From Eledone cirrhosa (Eukaryota), in the NCBI GenBank assembly GCA_964016885.1, contig OZ024745.1, positions 3,410,001 to 3,474,000 on the forward strand: a stretch of 64,000 nucleotides of DNA. Reading direction: 5' to 3'. The notes under the pieces are model-generated. The model was not told the DNA's origin. It did no database searches and saw only the letters and a program-made list of their open reading frames with translations. Positions 15,901-33,900 of the stretch are shown here, one piece after another; position 1 is the stretch's first letter; each line of letters begins with the position of its first letter. The translations under genes and the position numbers were made by a program.

Positions 15901-18900
15901 ACCACCAACACACCCAATATCACCACCACCAACACACCCAATATCACCACCACCACCAACACACACAATATCACCACCACCACCAACACACCCAATATCA
16001 CCACCACCAACAAACCCAATATCACCACTACCACCAACACACCCAATATCACCACTACCACCAACACACCCGATATCACCACCACCACCAACACACCCAA
16101 TATCACCACCACCACCAACACACCCAATATCACCACTACCACCAACACACCCAATATCACCACCACCAACAACATACCCAATATCACCACCACCACCAAC
16201 ACACCCAATATCACCACCACCACCAACACACCCAATATCACCACCACCAACACACCCAATATCACCACCACCACCAACACACCCAATATCACCACCACCA
16301 CCAACACACACAATATCACCACCACCAACACACCCAATATCACCACTACCACCAACACACCCAATATCACCACCACCACCAACACACCCAATATCACCAC
16401 TACCACCAACACACCCAATATCACCACCACCACCAACACACCCAATATCACCACCACCAACACACCCAATATCACCACCACCACCAACACACCCAATATC
16501 ACCACTACCACCAACACACCCAATATCACCACCACCAACAACACACCCAATATCACCACTACCACCAACACAACCAATATCACCACCACCACCAGCACAC
16601 CCAATATCCCCACCACCACCAACACACTCAATATCACCATTACCAACACACCCAATATCACCACCACCAACACACCCAATATCACCACCACCACCAACAC
16701 ACCCAATATCACCACCACCAACACACCCAATATCACCACTACCACCAACACACCCAATATCACCACCACCACCAACACACCCAATATCACCACCACCAAC
16801 ACACCCAATATCACCACCACCACCAACACACCCAATATCACCACTACCAACACACTCAATATCACCACCACCACCAACACACCCAATATCACCACCACCA
16901 ACACACCCAATATCACCACCACCAACACACCCAATATCACCACTACCACCAACACACCCAATATCACCACCACCAACACACCCAATATCACCACTACCAC
17001 CAACACACCCAATATCACCACCACCACCAACACACCCAATATCACCACCACCAACACACCCAATATCACCACCACCACCAACACACCCAATATCACCACT
17101 ACCAACACACTCAATATCACCACCACCACCAACACACCCAATATCACCACCACCAACACACCCAATATCACCACCACCAACACACCCAATATCACCACCA
17201 CCAACACACCCAATATCACCACTACCACCAACACACCCAATATCACCACCACCACCAACACACACAATATCACCACCACCAACACACCCAATATCACCAC
17301 CACTACCAACACACCCAATATCACCACCACCAACACACCCAATATCACCACTACCACCAACGCACCCAATATCACCACTACCACCAACGCACCCAATATC
17401 ACCACTACCACCAACACACCCAATATCACCACTACCACCAACACACCCAATATCACCACTACCACCAACACACCCAATATCACCACCACCACCAACACAC
17501 CCAATATCACCACCACCACCAATGCACCCAATATCACCACTACCACCAACACACCCAATATCACCACTACCACCAACACACCCAATATCACCACCACCAC
17601 CAACAGACTCAATATCACCACCACCACCAACACACCCAATATCACCACCACCACCAACACACCCAATATCACCACCAACAACACACGCAATATCACCACC
17701 ACCAACACACCCAATACCACCACCACCAATACACCCAATATCACCACTACCACCAACACATTCAATATCACCACTACCACCAACACACCCAACATCACCA
17801 CTACCACCAACACACCCAATATCACCACCACCACCAACACACTCAATATCACCATCACCACCAACACACCCAATATCACCACCACCAACACACCCAATAT
17901 CACCACCACCACCAACATACCCAATATCACCACCACCACCAACACACCCAATATCACCACTACCACCAACACACCCAATATCACCCCCACCACCAACACA
18001 CCCAATATCACCCCCACCAACACACCCAATATCACCACCGCCAACACACCCAATATCACCACCACCACCAACACACCCAATATCACCACCACCACCAACA
18101 CACCCAATATCACCACTACCACCAACACACCCGATATCACCCCCACCACCAACACACCCAATATCACCCCCACCAACACACCCAATATCACCCCCACCAC
18201 CAACACACCCAATATCACCCCCACCAACACACCCAATATGACCACCACCAACACACCCAATATCACCACCACCACCAACACACCCAATATCACCACCACC
18301 ACCAACACACCCAATATCACCACCACCACCAACACACCCAATATCACCACCACCACCACCACACCCAATATCACCACTACCACCAACACACCCAATATCA
18401 CCCCCACCACCAACACACCCAATATCACCACCACCAACACACCCAATATCACCACCACCACCAACACACCCAATATCACCACCACCACCAACACACCCAG
18501 TATCACCACTACCACCAACACACCCAATATCACCAACACCAACACACCCAATATCACCACCACCACCAACACACCCAATATCACCACCACCACCAACACA
18601 CTCAATATCACCCCACCACCAACACACCCAATATCACCACCACCACGAACACACTCAATATCACCACCACCAGCAACACACTCAATATCACCCCCACCAC
18701 CAACACACCCAATATCACCACTACCACCAACACACTTAATATCACCGCCACCACCAACACACCCAATATCACCCCCACCACCAACACGCCCAATATCACC
18801 ACTACCACCAACACACCCAATATCACCACCACCAACACACCCAATATCACCCCACCACCAACACACCCAATATCACCGCCACCACCAACACACCCAATAT

Positions 18901-21900
18901 CACCACCACCACCAACACACCCAATATCACCACCACCAACACACCCAATATCACCCCACCACCAACACACCCAATATCACCACCACCACCAACACACCCA
19001 ATATCACCACTACCACCAACACACCCAATATCACAACCACCACCAACACACCCAATATCACCACCACCAACACACCCAATATCACCCCCACCACCAACAC
19101 ACCCAATATCACCACCACCACCAACACACCCAATATCACCACCACCACCAACACACCCAATATCACCACCAACACCAACACACTCAATATCACCACCATC
19201 AACACACCCAATATCACCACCACCACCAACACATTCAATATCACCACCACCAACACACCCAATATCACCACCACCACCAACACACCCAATATCACCACCA
19301 CCAACACACCCAATATCACCACCACCACCAACACACACAATATCACAATCACCAACACACCCAATATCACCACCACCACCAACACACCCAATATCACCAC
19401 CACCACCAACACACTCAATATCACCACCATCAACAAACTCAATAACACCACTACCAACAACACACCCAATATCACCACCACCAACACACCCAATATCACC
19501 ACCACTACCAACACACGCAATATCACCACTACCACCAACACACCCAATATCACCACTACCAACACACCCAATATCACCACCACCAACACACCCAATATCA
19601 CCACCACCACCAACACACCTAATATCACCACCACCACCAACACACCCAATATCACCACCACCACCAACACACCCAATATCACCACCACCACCAACACACT
19701 CAATATCACCACCACCAACACACCCAATATCACCACCACCACCAACACACCCAATATCACCCCCACCACCAACACACTCAATATCACCACCACCAACACA
19801 CCCAATATCACCACCACCATCAACACTCCCAATATCACCACCACCACCAACACACCCAATATCACCACTACCACCAACACACCCAATATCACCACCACCA
19901 CCAACACACCCAATATCACCACCACCACCAACATACCCAATATCACCACCACCACCAACACACGCAATATCACCACCAGCAACACACTCAATATCACCAC
20001 CACCACCAACACACCCAATATCACCACTACCACCAACACACCCAATATCACCCCCACCACCAACACACCCAATATCATCACTACAACCAACACACCCAAT
20101 ATCATCACCACCACCAACACACCCAATATCACCACCACCACCAACACACCCAATATCACCACCACCACCAACACACCCAATATCACCACCACCACCAACG
20201 CACCCAAAATCACCACTACCACCAACACACCCAATATCACCACTACCACCAACACACCCAATATCACCACCACCACCAACACACCCAATATCACCACTAC
20301 CACCAACACACCCAATATCACCACCACCACCAACACACCCAATATCACCACCACCAACACACCCAATATCACCACCACCACCAACACACCCAATATCACC
20401 ACCACCACCAACACACCCAATATCACCACCAACACACCCAATATCACCACTACCACCAACACACCCAATATCACCACTACCACCAACACACCCAATATCA
20501 CCACCACCACCAACACACCCAATATCACCACTACCACCAACACACCCAATATCACTACCACCAACACACCCAATATCACCACTACCACCAACACACCCAA
20601 TATCACCACCACCAACACACCCAATATCACCACTACCACCAACACACCCAATATCACCAATACCACCAACACACCCAATATCACCACTACCACCAACACA
20701 CCCAATATCACCACCACCACCAACACACCCAATATCAACACTACAACAAACACACCCAATATCACCACCACCACCAACACACCCACTATCACCACTACCA
20801 CCAACACACCCAATATCACCCCCACCACAACACACCCAATATCACCACTACCACCAACACACCCAATATCACCACTACCACCAACACACCCAATATCACC
20901 ACCACCACCAACACACCCAATATCAACACTACAACCAACACACCCAATATCACCACTACCACCAACACACCCAATATCACCACCACCACCAACACACCCA
21001 ATATCAACACTACAACCAACACACCCAATATCACCACCACCAACACACCCAATATCACCACTACCACCAACACACCCAATATCACCACTACCACCAACAC
21101 ACCCAATATCACCACCACCAACACACCCAATATCAACACTACAACCAACACACCCAATATCACCACCACCAACACACCCAATATCACCCCCACCACCAAC
21201 ACACCCAATATCACCACTACCACCAACACACCCAATATCACCACCACCAACACACCCAATATCACCACCACCACCAACACACCCAATATCACCCCCACCA
21301 CCAACACACCCAATATCACCACTACCACCAACACACCCAATATCACCACCACCAACACACCCAATATCACCCCCACCACCAACACACCCAATATCACCAC
21401 TACCACCAACACACCCAATATCACCACCACCAACACACCCAATATCACCACCACCACCAACACACCCAATATCACCACTACCACCAACACACCCAATATC
21501 ACCACTACCACCAACACACCCAATATCACCACTACCACCAACACACCCAATATCACCACCACCAACACACCCAATATCACCACCACTACCAACACACCCA
21601 ATATCACCACTACAACCAACACACCCAATATCACCACTACCACCAACACACCCAATATCACCACCACCAACACACCCAATATCACCCCCACCACCAACAC
21701 ACCCAATATCACCACTACCACCAACACACCCAATATCACCACCACCACCAACACACTCAATATCACCACCACCAACACACTCAATATCACCCCACCACCA
21801 ACACACCCAATATCACCACTACCACCAACACACCCAATATCACCACCACCACCAACGCACCCAAAATCACCACTACCACCAACACACCCTATATCACCAC

Positions 21901-24900
21901 CACCACCAACACACTCAATATCACCACCACCACCAACACACTCAATATCACCCCCACCACCAACACACCCAATATCACCACTACCACCAACACACTTAAT
22001 ATCACCACCACCACTAACACACTCAATATCACCACCACCAACACACCCAATATCACCACCACCACCAACACACCCAATATCACCACCACCACCAACACGC
22101 TCAATATCACCACCACCAACACACCCAATATCACCACTACCACCAACACACTCTATATCACCACCACCACCAACACACCCAATTTCACCCCCACCACCAA
22201 CACACCCAGTATCACCACTACCACCAACACACCCAATATCACCACCACCAACACACTCAATATCACCACTACCACCAACACACCCAATATCACTACCACC
22301 AACACACCCAATATCACCACCACCACCAACACACCCAATATCACCACCACCACCAACACACCCAATATCACCACCAACACACCCAATATCACCACTACCA
22401 CCAACACACCCAATATCACCACCACCACCAACACACCCAATATCACCCCCACCACCAACACACCCAATATCACCACTACCACCAACACACTGTATATCAC
22501 CACCACCACCAACACACCCAATTTCACCCCCACCACCAACACACCCGATATCACCACTACCACCAACACACCCAATATCACCACCACCAACACACTCAAT
22601 ATCACCACTATCACCAACACACCCAATATCACTACCACCAACACACCCAATATCACCACCACCACCAACACACCCAATATCACCACCACCAACACACTCA
22701 ATATCACCACCACCACCAACACACCCAATATCACTACCACCAACACACCCAATATCACCACTACCACCAACACACCCAATATCACCACCACCAAAAAATC
22801 CAATATCACCACTACCACCAACACACCCAATATCACCACCACCACTAACACACCCAATATCACCACCACCACCAACACACTCAATATCACCACAAACAAC
22901 ACACCCAATATCACCACCACCAACACACCCAATATCACCCCCACCACCAACACGCCCAATATCACCACTACCACCAACACACCCAATATCACCCCCACCA
23001 CCAACACACCCAATATCACCCCCACCACCAACACACCCAATATCACCGCCACCACCAACACACCCAATATCACCACTACCACCAACACACCCAATATCAC
23101 CACCACCACCAACACACCCAATATCACCACCACCAACACACGCAATATCACCCCCACCACCAACACACCCAATATCACCACCACCACCAACACACCCAAT
23201 ATCACCACCACCACCAACACACCCAATATCACCACCACCACCAACACACTCAATATCACCACCACCAACACACCCAATATCACCACCACCACCAACACAT
23301 TCAATATCACCACCACCAACACACCCAATATCACCACCACCACCAACACACCCAATATCACCACCACCACCAACACACCCAATATCACCACCACCACCAA
23401 CACACCCAATATCACCACCACCACCAACACACCCAATATCACCACCACCACCAACACACCCAATATCACCACCACCACCAACACACCCAATATCACCACC
23501 ACCACCAACACACCCAATATCACCACCACCACCAACACACCCAATATCACCGCCATCACCAACACACCCAATATCACCACCACCACCAACACACTCAATA
23601 TCACAATCACCAACACAGCCAATATCACCACCACCACCAACACACCCAATATCACCACCACCACCAACACACCCAATATCACCACCACCACCAACACACA
23701 CAATATCACCACCACCACCAACACACCCAATATCACCACCACCACCAACACACTCAATATCACAATCACCAACACACCCAATATCACCACCACCACCAAC
23801 ACACCCAATATCACCACCACCACCAACACACTCAATATCACCACCACCAACACACTCAATAACACCACTACCACCAACACACCCAATATCACCACTACCA
23901 ACACACCCAATATCACCACCACCACCAACACACCCAATATCACCACCACCAACACACCCAATATCACCACCACTACCAACACACCCAATATCACCACTAC
24001 CACCAACACACCCAATATCACCACTACCAACACACCCAATATCACCACCACCAACACACCCAATATCACCACTACCACCAACACACCCAATATCACCACC
24101 ATCACCAACACACCCAATATCACCACCACCACCAACACACCCAATATCACCACCACCACCAACACACCCAATATCACCACCACCACCAACTCACCCAATA
24201 TCACCACCACCAACACACCCAATATCACCACCACCACCAACACACTCAATATCACCACCACCACCAACACACCCAATATCACCACCACCACCAACACACC
24301 CAATATCACCACCACCAACACACCCAATATCACCACTACCACCAACACACCCAATATCACCACCACCACCAACACACCCAATATCACCACCACCAACACA
24401 CCCAATATCACCACCACCATCGACACATCCAATACCACCACCACCACCAACACACCCAATATCACCACCACCACCAACACACTCAATATCACCACCACCA
24501 ACACACCCAATATCACCACCACCACCAAAACACCCAATATCAGCACTACCACCAACACACCCAATATCACCACTACCACCAAAAAAACCCAATATCACCA
24601 CCACCACCAACACACCCAATATCACCACCACCACCAACACACCCAATATCACCACCACCACCAACACACCCAATATCACTACCACCAACACACCCAATAT
24701 CACCACCACCACCAACACACCCAATATCACCACCACCAACACACCCAATATCACCACCACCACCAACACACTCAATATCACCACCACCACCAACACACCC
24801 AATATCACCACCACCATCAACACACCCAATATCACCACCACCAACACACCCAATATCACCACCACCACCAACACACTCAATATTACCACCACCACCAACA

Positions 24901-27900
24901 CACCCAATATCACCACCACCAACACACGCAATATCACCCCCACCACCAACACACCCAATATCACCACCACCACCAACACACCCAATATCACCACCACCAC
25001 CAACACACCCAATATCACCACCACCACCAACACACTCAATATCACCACCACCAACACACCCAATATCACCACCACCACCAACACATTCAATATCACCACC
25101 ACCAACACACCCAATATCACCACCACCACCAACACACCCAATATCACCACCACCACCAACACACCCAATATCACCACCACCACCAACACACCCAATATCA
25201 CCACCACCACCAACCCACCCAATATCACCACCACCACCAACACACCCAATATCACCACCACCACCAACACACCCAATATCACTACCACCAACACACCCAA
25301 TATCACCACCACCACCAACACACCCAATATCACCACCACCAACACACCCAATATCACCACCACCACCAACACACTCAATATCACCACTACCACCAACACA
25401 CCCAATATCACCACCACCACCAACACACCCAATATCACCACCACCAACACACCCAATATCACCACCACCACCAACACACTCAATATTACCACCACCACCA
25501 ACACACCCAATATCACCACCACCACCAACACACCCAATATCACCACCACCAACACACTCAATATCACCACCACCAACACACCCAATATCACCACCACCAC
25601 CAACACATTCAATATCACCACCACCAACACACCCAATATCACCACCACCACCAACACACCCAATATCACCACCACCACCAACACACCCAATATCACCACC
25701 ACCACCAACACACCCAATATCACCACCACCACCAACACATCCAATATCACCACCACCACCAACACACCCAATATCACCACCACCACCAACACACCCAATA
25801 TCACCACCACCACCAACACACCCAATATCACCACCACCACCAACACACCCAATATCACCGCCATCACCAACACACCCAATATCACCACCACCACCAACAC
25901 ACTCAATATCACAATCACCAACACAGCCAATATCACCACCACCACCAACACACCCAATATCACCACCACCACCAACACACCCAATATCACCACCACCACC
26001 AACACACACAATATCACCACCACCACCAACACACCCAATATCACCACCACCACCAACACACTCAATATCACACACCACTACCACCAACACACCCAATATC
26101 ACCACTACCAACACACCCAATATCACCACCACCACCAACACACCCAATATCACCACCACCAACACACCCAATATCACCACCACTACCAACACACCCAATA
26201 TCACCACTACCACCAACACACCCAATATCACCACTACCAACACACCCAATATCACCACCACCAACACACCCAATATCACCACTACCACCAACACACCCAA
26301 TATCACCACCATCACCAACACACCCAATATCACCACCACCACCAACACACCCAATATCACCACCACCACCAACACACCCAATATCACCACCACCACCAAC
26401 TCACCCAATATCACCACCACCAACACACCCAATATCACCACCACCACCAACACACTCAATATCACCACCACCACCAACACACCCAATATCACCACCACCA
26501 CCAACACACCCAATATCACCACCACCAACACACCCAATATCACCACTACCACCAACACACCCAATATCACCACCACCACCAACACACCCAATATCACCAC
26601 CACCAACACACACCCAATATCACCACCACCATCGACACATCCAATATCACCACCACCACCAACACACCCAATATCACCACCACCACCAACACACTCAATA
26701 TCACCACCACCAACACACCCAATATCACCACCACCACCAAAACACCCAATATCAGCACTACCACCAACACACCCAATATCACCACTACCACCAAAAAAAA
26801 CCCAATATCACCACCACCACCAACACACCCAATATCACCACCACCACCAACACACCCAATATCACCACCACCACCAACACACCCAATATCACTACCACCA
26901 ACACACCCAATATCACCACCACCACCAACACACCCAATATCACCACCACCACCAACACACCCCAATATCACCACCACCACCAACACACTCAATATCACCA
27001 CCACCAACACACCCAATATCACCACCACCACCAACACATTCAATATCACCACCACCAACACACCCAATATCACACCACCACCACCAACACACCCAATATC
27101 ACCACCACCACCAACACACCCAATATCACCACCACCACCAACACACCCAATATCACCACCACCACCAACCCACCCAATATCACCACCACCACCAACACAC
27201 CCAATATCACCACCACCACCAACACACCCAATATCACTACCACCAACACACCCAATATCACCACCCACCACCAACACACCCAATATCACACCACCACCAA
27301 CACACCCAATATCACCACCACCACCAACACACTCAATATCACCACTACCACCAACACACCCAATATCACCACCACCACCAACACACCCAATATCACCACC
27401 ACACCAACACACCCAATATCACCACCACCACCAACACACTCAATATTACCACCACCACCAACACACCCAATATCACCACCACCACCAACAAACCCAATAT
27501 CACCACCACCAACACACTCAATATCACCACCACCAACACACCCAATATCACCACCACCACCAACACACCCAATATCACCACCACCACCAACACACCCAAT
27601 ATCACCACTACCACCAACACACCCAATATCACCACTACCACCAACACACCCAATATCACCACCACCACCAACACACCCAATATCACCACCACCACCAACA
27701 CACCCAATATCACCACCACCAACACACCCAATATCGCCACCACCACCAAACACACCCAATATCACCACCACCAACACACCCAATATCACCACCACCACCA
27801 ACACACCCAATATCACCACTACCACCAACACAGCCAATATCATCACCACCAACACACCCCAATATCACCACCACCACCAACACACCCAATATCACTACCA

Positions 27901-30900
27901 CCAACACACCCAATATCACCACCACCACCAACACACCCAATATCACCACCACCAACACACCCAATATCACCACCACCAACACACCCAATATCACCACCAC
28001 CACCAACACACCCAATATCGCCACCACCACCAACACACCCAATATCACCACCACCAACACACCCAATATCACCACCACCAACACACCCAATATCACCACC
28101 ACCACCAACACACACAATATCGCCACCACCACCAACACACCCAATATCACCACCACTAACACACCCAATATCACCACCACCAACACACTCAATATCACCC
28201 CACCACCAACACACCCAATATCACCACTACCACCAACACACCCAATATCACCCCCACCACCAACACACTCAATATCACCACCACCACCAACATACCCAAT
28301 ATCACCACCACCAACACACCCAATATCACCACCACCACCAACACACCCAATATCGCCACCACCACCAACACACCCAATATCACCACCACCAACACACCCA
28401 ATATCACCACCACCAACACACCCAATATCACCACCACACACCAACACACCCAATATCACCACCACCAACACACCCAATATCACCACCACCACCAACACAC
28501 CCAATACCACCACCACCACCAACACACCCAATATCACCACCACCACCAACACACCCAATATCACCACTACCACCAACACACCCAATATCACCACCACCAA
28601 CACACCCAATATCACCACCACCAACACACCCAATATCACCACCACCACCAACACACTCTATATCACCACCACCACCAACACACCCAATATCACCACCACC
28701 ATCAACACACTCTATATCACCCCCACCACCAACACACCCAATATCACCACCACCACTAACACACCCAATATCACCACCACCAACACACCCAATGTCACCA
28801 CCACCACCAACACACCCAATATCACCACCACCACCAACACACCCAATATCACCACCACCACCAACACACCCAATATCACCACCACCCACCAACACACCCA
28901 ATATCGCCACCACCACCAACACACCCAATATCACCACCATCAACACACCCAATATCGCCACCACCACCAACACACCCAATATCGCCACCACCACCAACAC
29001 ACTCATTATCACCACCACCACCAACACACTCAATATCACCACTACCACCAACACACCCAATATCGCCACCACCACCAACACACCCAATATCGCCAACACC
29101 ACCCAACACACTCAATATCACCCCCACCACCAACACACTCAATATCACCACCACCAACACACCCAATATCGCCACCACCACCAGCACACCCAATATCGCC
29201 ACCACCACCAACACACTCAATATCACCACCACCAACACACCCAATATCACCACTACAATCAACACACCCAATATCACCACCACCACCAACACACCCAATA
29301 TCACCACCACCAACACACCCAATATCGCCACCACCACCAACACACCCAATATCACCACCACCAACACACCCAATATCGCCACCACCACCAACCCAAACAC
29401 ACCCAATATCGACCACCACCAACACACGCAATATCACCACCACCAACAACACACCCAATATCACCACCACCAACACACCCAATATCACCACCACCAACAC
29501 ACTCAATATCACCACCACCAACACGCCCAATATCACCACCACCAACACACTCAATATCACTACCACCAACACACCCAATATCACCACCACCAACACACCC
29601 AATATCAGCACTACCACCAACACACCCAATATCACCACCACCACCAACACACCCAATATCACCACTACCACCAACACACCCAATATCGCCACCACCACCA
29701 ACACACCCAATATCACCACCACCAACACACTCAATATCACCACCACCAACACGCCCAATATCACCACCACCAACACACTCAATATCACCACCACCAACAC
29801 ACCCAATATCACCACCACCACCAACACATTCAATATCACCACCACCAACACACCCAATATCACCACCACCACCAACACACCCAATATCACCACCACCACC
29901 AACACACCCAATATCACCACCACCACCAACACACCCAATATCACCACCACCACCAACCCACCCAATATCACCACCACCACCAACACACCCAATATCACCA
30001 CCACCACCAACACACCCAATATCACTACCACCAACACACCCAATATCACCACCACCACCAACACACCCAATATCACCACCACCAACACACCCAATATCAC
30101 CACCACCACCAACACACTCAATATCACCACTACCACCAACACACCCAATATCACCACCACCACCAACACACCCAATATCACCACCACCAACACACCCAAT
30201 ATCACCACCACCACCAACACACTCAATATTACCACCACCACCAACACACCCAATATCACCACCACCACCAACACACCCAATATCACCACCACCAACACAC
30301 TCAATATCACCACCACCAACACACCCAATATCACCACCACCACCAACACATTCAATATCACCACCACCAACACACCCAATATCACCACCACCACCAACAC
30401 ACCCAATATCACCACCACCACCAACACACCCAATATCACCACCACCACCAACACACCCAATATCACCACCACCACCAACACACCCAATATCACCACCACC
30501 ACCAACACACCCAATATCACCACCACCACCAACACACCCAATATCACCACCACCACCAACACACCCAATATCACCACCACCACCAACACACCCAATATCA
30601 CCGCCATCACCAACACACCCAATATCACCACCACCACCAACACACTCAATATCACAATCACCAACACAGCCAATATCACCACCACCACCAACACACCCAA
30701 TATCACCACCACCACCAACACACCCAATATCACCACCACCACCAACACACACAATATCACCACCACCACCAACACACCCAATATCACCACCACCACCAAC
30801 ACACTCAATATCACAATCACCAACACACCCAATATCACCACCACCACCAACACACCCAATATCACCACCACCACCAACACACTCAATATCACCACCACCA

Positions 30901-33900
30901 ACACACTCAATAACACCACTACCACCAACACACCCAATATCACCACTACCAACACACCCAATATCACCACCACCACCAACACACCCAATATCACCACCAC
31001 CAACACACCCAATATCACCACCACTACCAACACACCCAATATCACCACTACCACCAACACACCCAATATCACCACTACCAACACACCCAATATCACCACC
31101 ACCAACACACCCAATATCACCACTACCACCAACACACCCAATATCACCACCATCACCAACACACCCAATATCACCACCACCACCAACACACCCAATATCA
31201 CCACCACCACCAACACACCCAATATCACCACCACCACCAACTCACCCAATATCACCACCACCAACACACCCAATATCACCACCACCACCAACACACTCAA
31301 TATCACCACCACCACCAACACACCCAATATCACCACCACCACCAACACACCCAATATCACCACCACCAACACACCCAATATCACCACTACCACCAACACA
31401 CCCAATATCACCACCACCACCAACACACCCAATATCACCACCACCAACACACCCAATATCACCACCACCATCGACACATCCAATATCACCACCACCACCA
31501 ACACACCCAATATCACCACCACCACCAACACACTCAATATCACCACCACCAACACACCCAATATCACCACCACCACCAAAACACCCAATATCAGCACTAC
31601 CACCAACACACCCAATATCACCACTACCACCAAAAAAACCCAATATCACCACCACCACCAACACACCCAATATCACCACCACCACCAACACACCCAATAT
31701 CACCACCACCACCAACACACCCAATATCACTACCACCAACACACCCAATATCACCACCACCACCAACACACCCAATATCACCACCACCAACACACCCAAT
31801 ATCACCACCACCACCAACACACTCAATATCACCACCACCACCAACACACCCAATATCACCACCACCATCAACACACCCAATATCACCACCACCAACACAC
31901 CCAATATCACCACCACCACCAACACACTCAATATTACCACCACCACCAACACACCCAATATCACCACCACCAACACACGCAATATCACCCCCACCACCAA
32001 CACACCCAATATCACCACCACCACCAACACACCCAATATCACCACCACCACCAACACACCCAATATCACCACCACCACCAACACACTCAATATCACCACC
32101 ACCAACACACCCAATATCACCACCACCAACACATTCAATATCACCACCACCAACACACCCAATATCACCACCACCACCAACACACCCAATATCACCACCA
32201 CCACCAACACACCCAATATCACCACCACCACCAACACACCCAATATCACCACCACCACCAACACACCCAATATCACCACCACCACCAACCCACCCAATAT
32301 CACCACCACCACCAACACACCCAATATCACCACCACCACCAACACACCCAATATCACTACCACCAACACACCCAATATCACCACCACCACCAACACACCC
32401 AATATCACCACCACCAACACACCCAATATCACCACCACCACCAACACACTCAATATCACCACTACCACCAACACACCCAATATCACCACCACCACCAACA
32501 CACCCAATATCACCACCACCAACACACCCAATATCACCACCACCACCAACACACTCAATATTACCACCACCACCAACACACCCAATATCACCACCACCAC
32601 CAACAAACCCAATATCACCACCACCAACACACTCAATATCACCACCACCAACACACCCAATATCACCACCACCACCAACACACCCAATATCACCACCACC
32701 ACCAACACACCCAATATCACCACTACCACCAACACACCCAATATCACCACTACCACCAACACACCCAATATCACCACCACCACCAACACACCCAATATCA
32801 CCACCACCACCAACACACCCAATATCACCACCACCAACACACCCAATATCGCCACCACCACCAACACACCCAATATCACCACCACCAACACACCCAATAT
32901 CACCACCACCACCAACACACCCAATATCACCACTACCACCAACACAGCCAATATCATCACCACCAACACACCCAATATCACCACCACCACCAACACACCC
33001 AATATCACTACCACCAACACACCCAATATCACCACCACCACCAACACACCCAATATCACCACCACCAACACACCCAATATCACCACCACCAACACACCCA
33101 ATATCACCACCACCACCAACACACCCAATATCGCCACCACCACCAACACACCCAATATCACCACCACCAACACACCCAATATCACCACCACCAACACACC
33201 CAATATCACCACCACCACCAACACACACAATATCGCCACCACCACCAACACACCCAATATCACCACCACTAACACACCCAATATCACCACCACCAACACA
33301 CTCAATATCACCCCACCACCAACACACCCAATATCACCACTACCACCAACACACCCAATATCACCCCCACCACCAACACACTCAATATCACCACCACCAC
33401 CAACATACCCAATATCACCACCACCAACACACCCAATATCACCACCACCACCAACACACCCAATATCGCCACCACCACCAACACACCCAATATCACCACC
33501 ACCAACACACCCAATATCACCACCACCAACACACCCAATATCACCACCACCACCAACACACCCAATATCACCACCACCAACACACCCAATATCACCACCA
33601 CCACCAACACACCCAATACCACCACCACCACCAACACACCCAATATCACCACCACCACCAACACACCCAATATCACCACTACCACCAACACACCCAATAT
33701 CACCACCACCAACACACCCAATATCACCACCACCAACACACCCAATATCACCACCACCACCAACACACTCTATATCACCACCACCACCAACACACCCAAT
33801 ATCACCACCACCATCAACACACTCTATATCACCCCCACCACCAACACACCCAATATCACCACCACCACTAACACACCCAATATCACCACCACCAACACAC

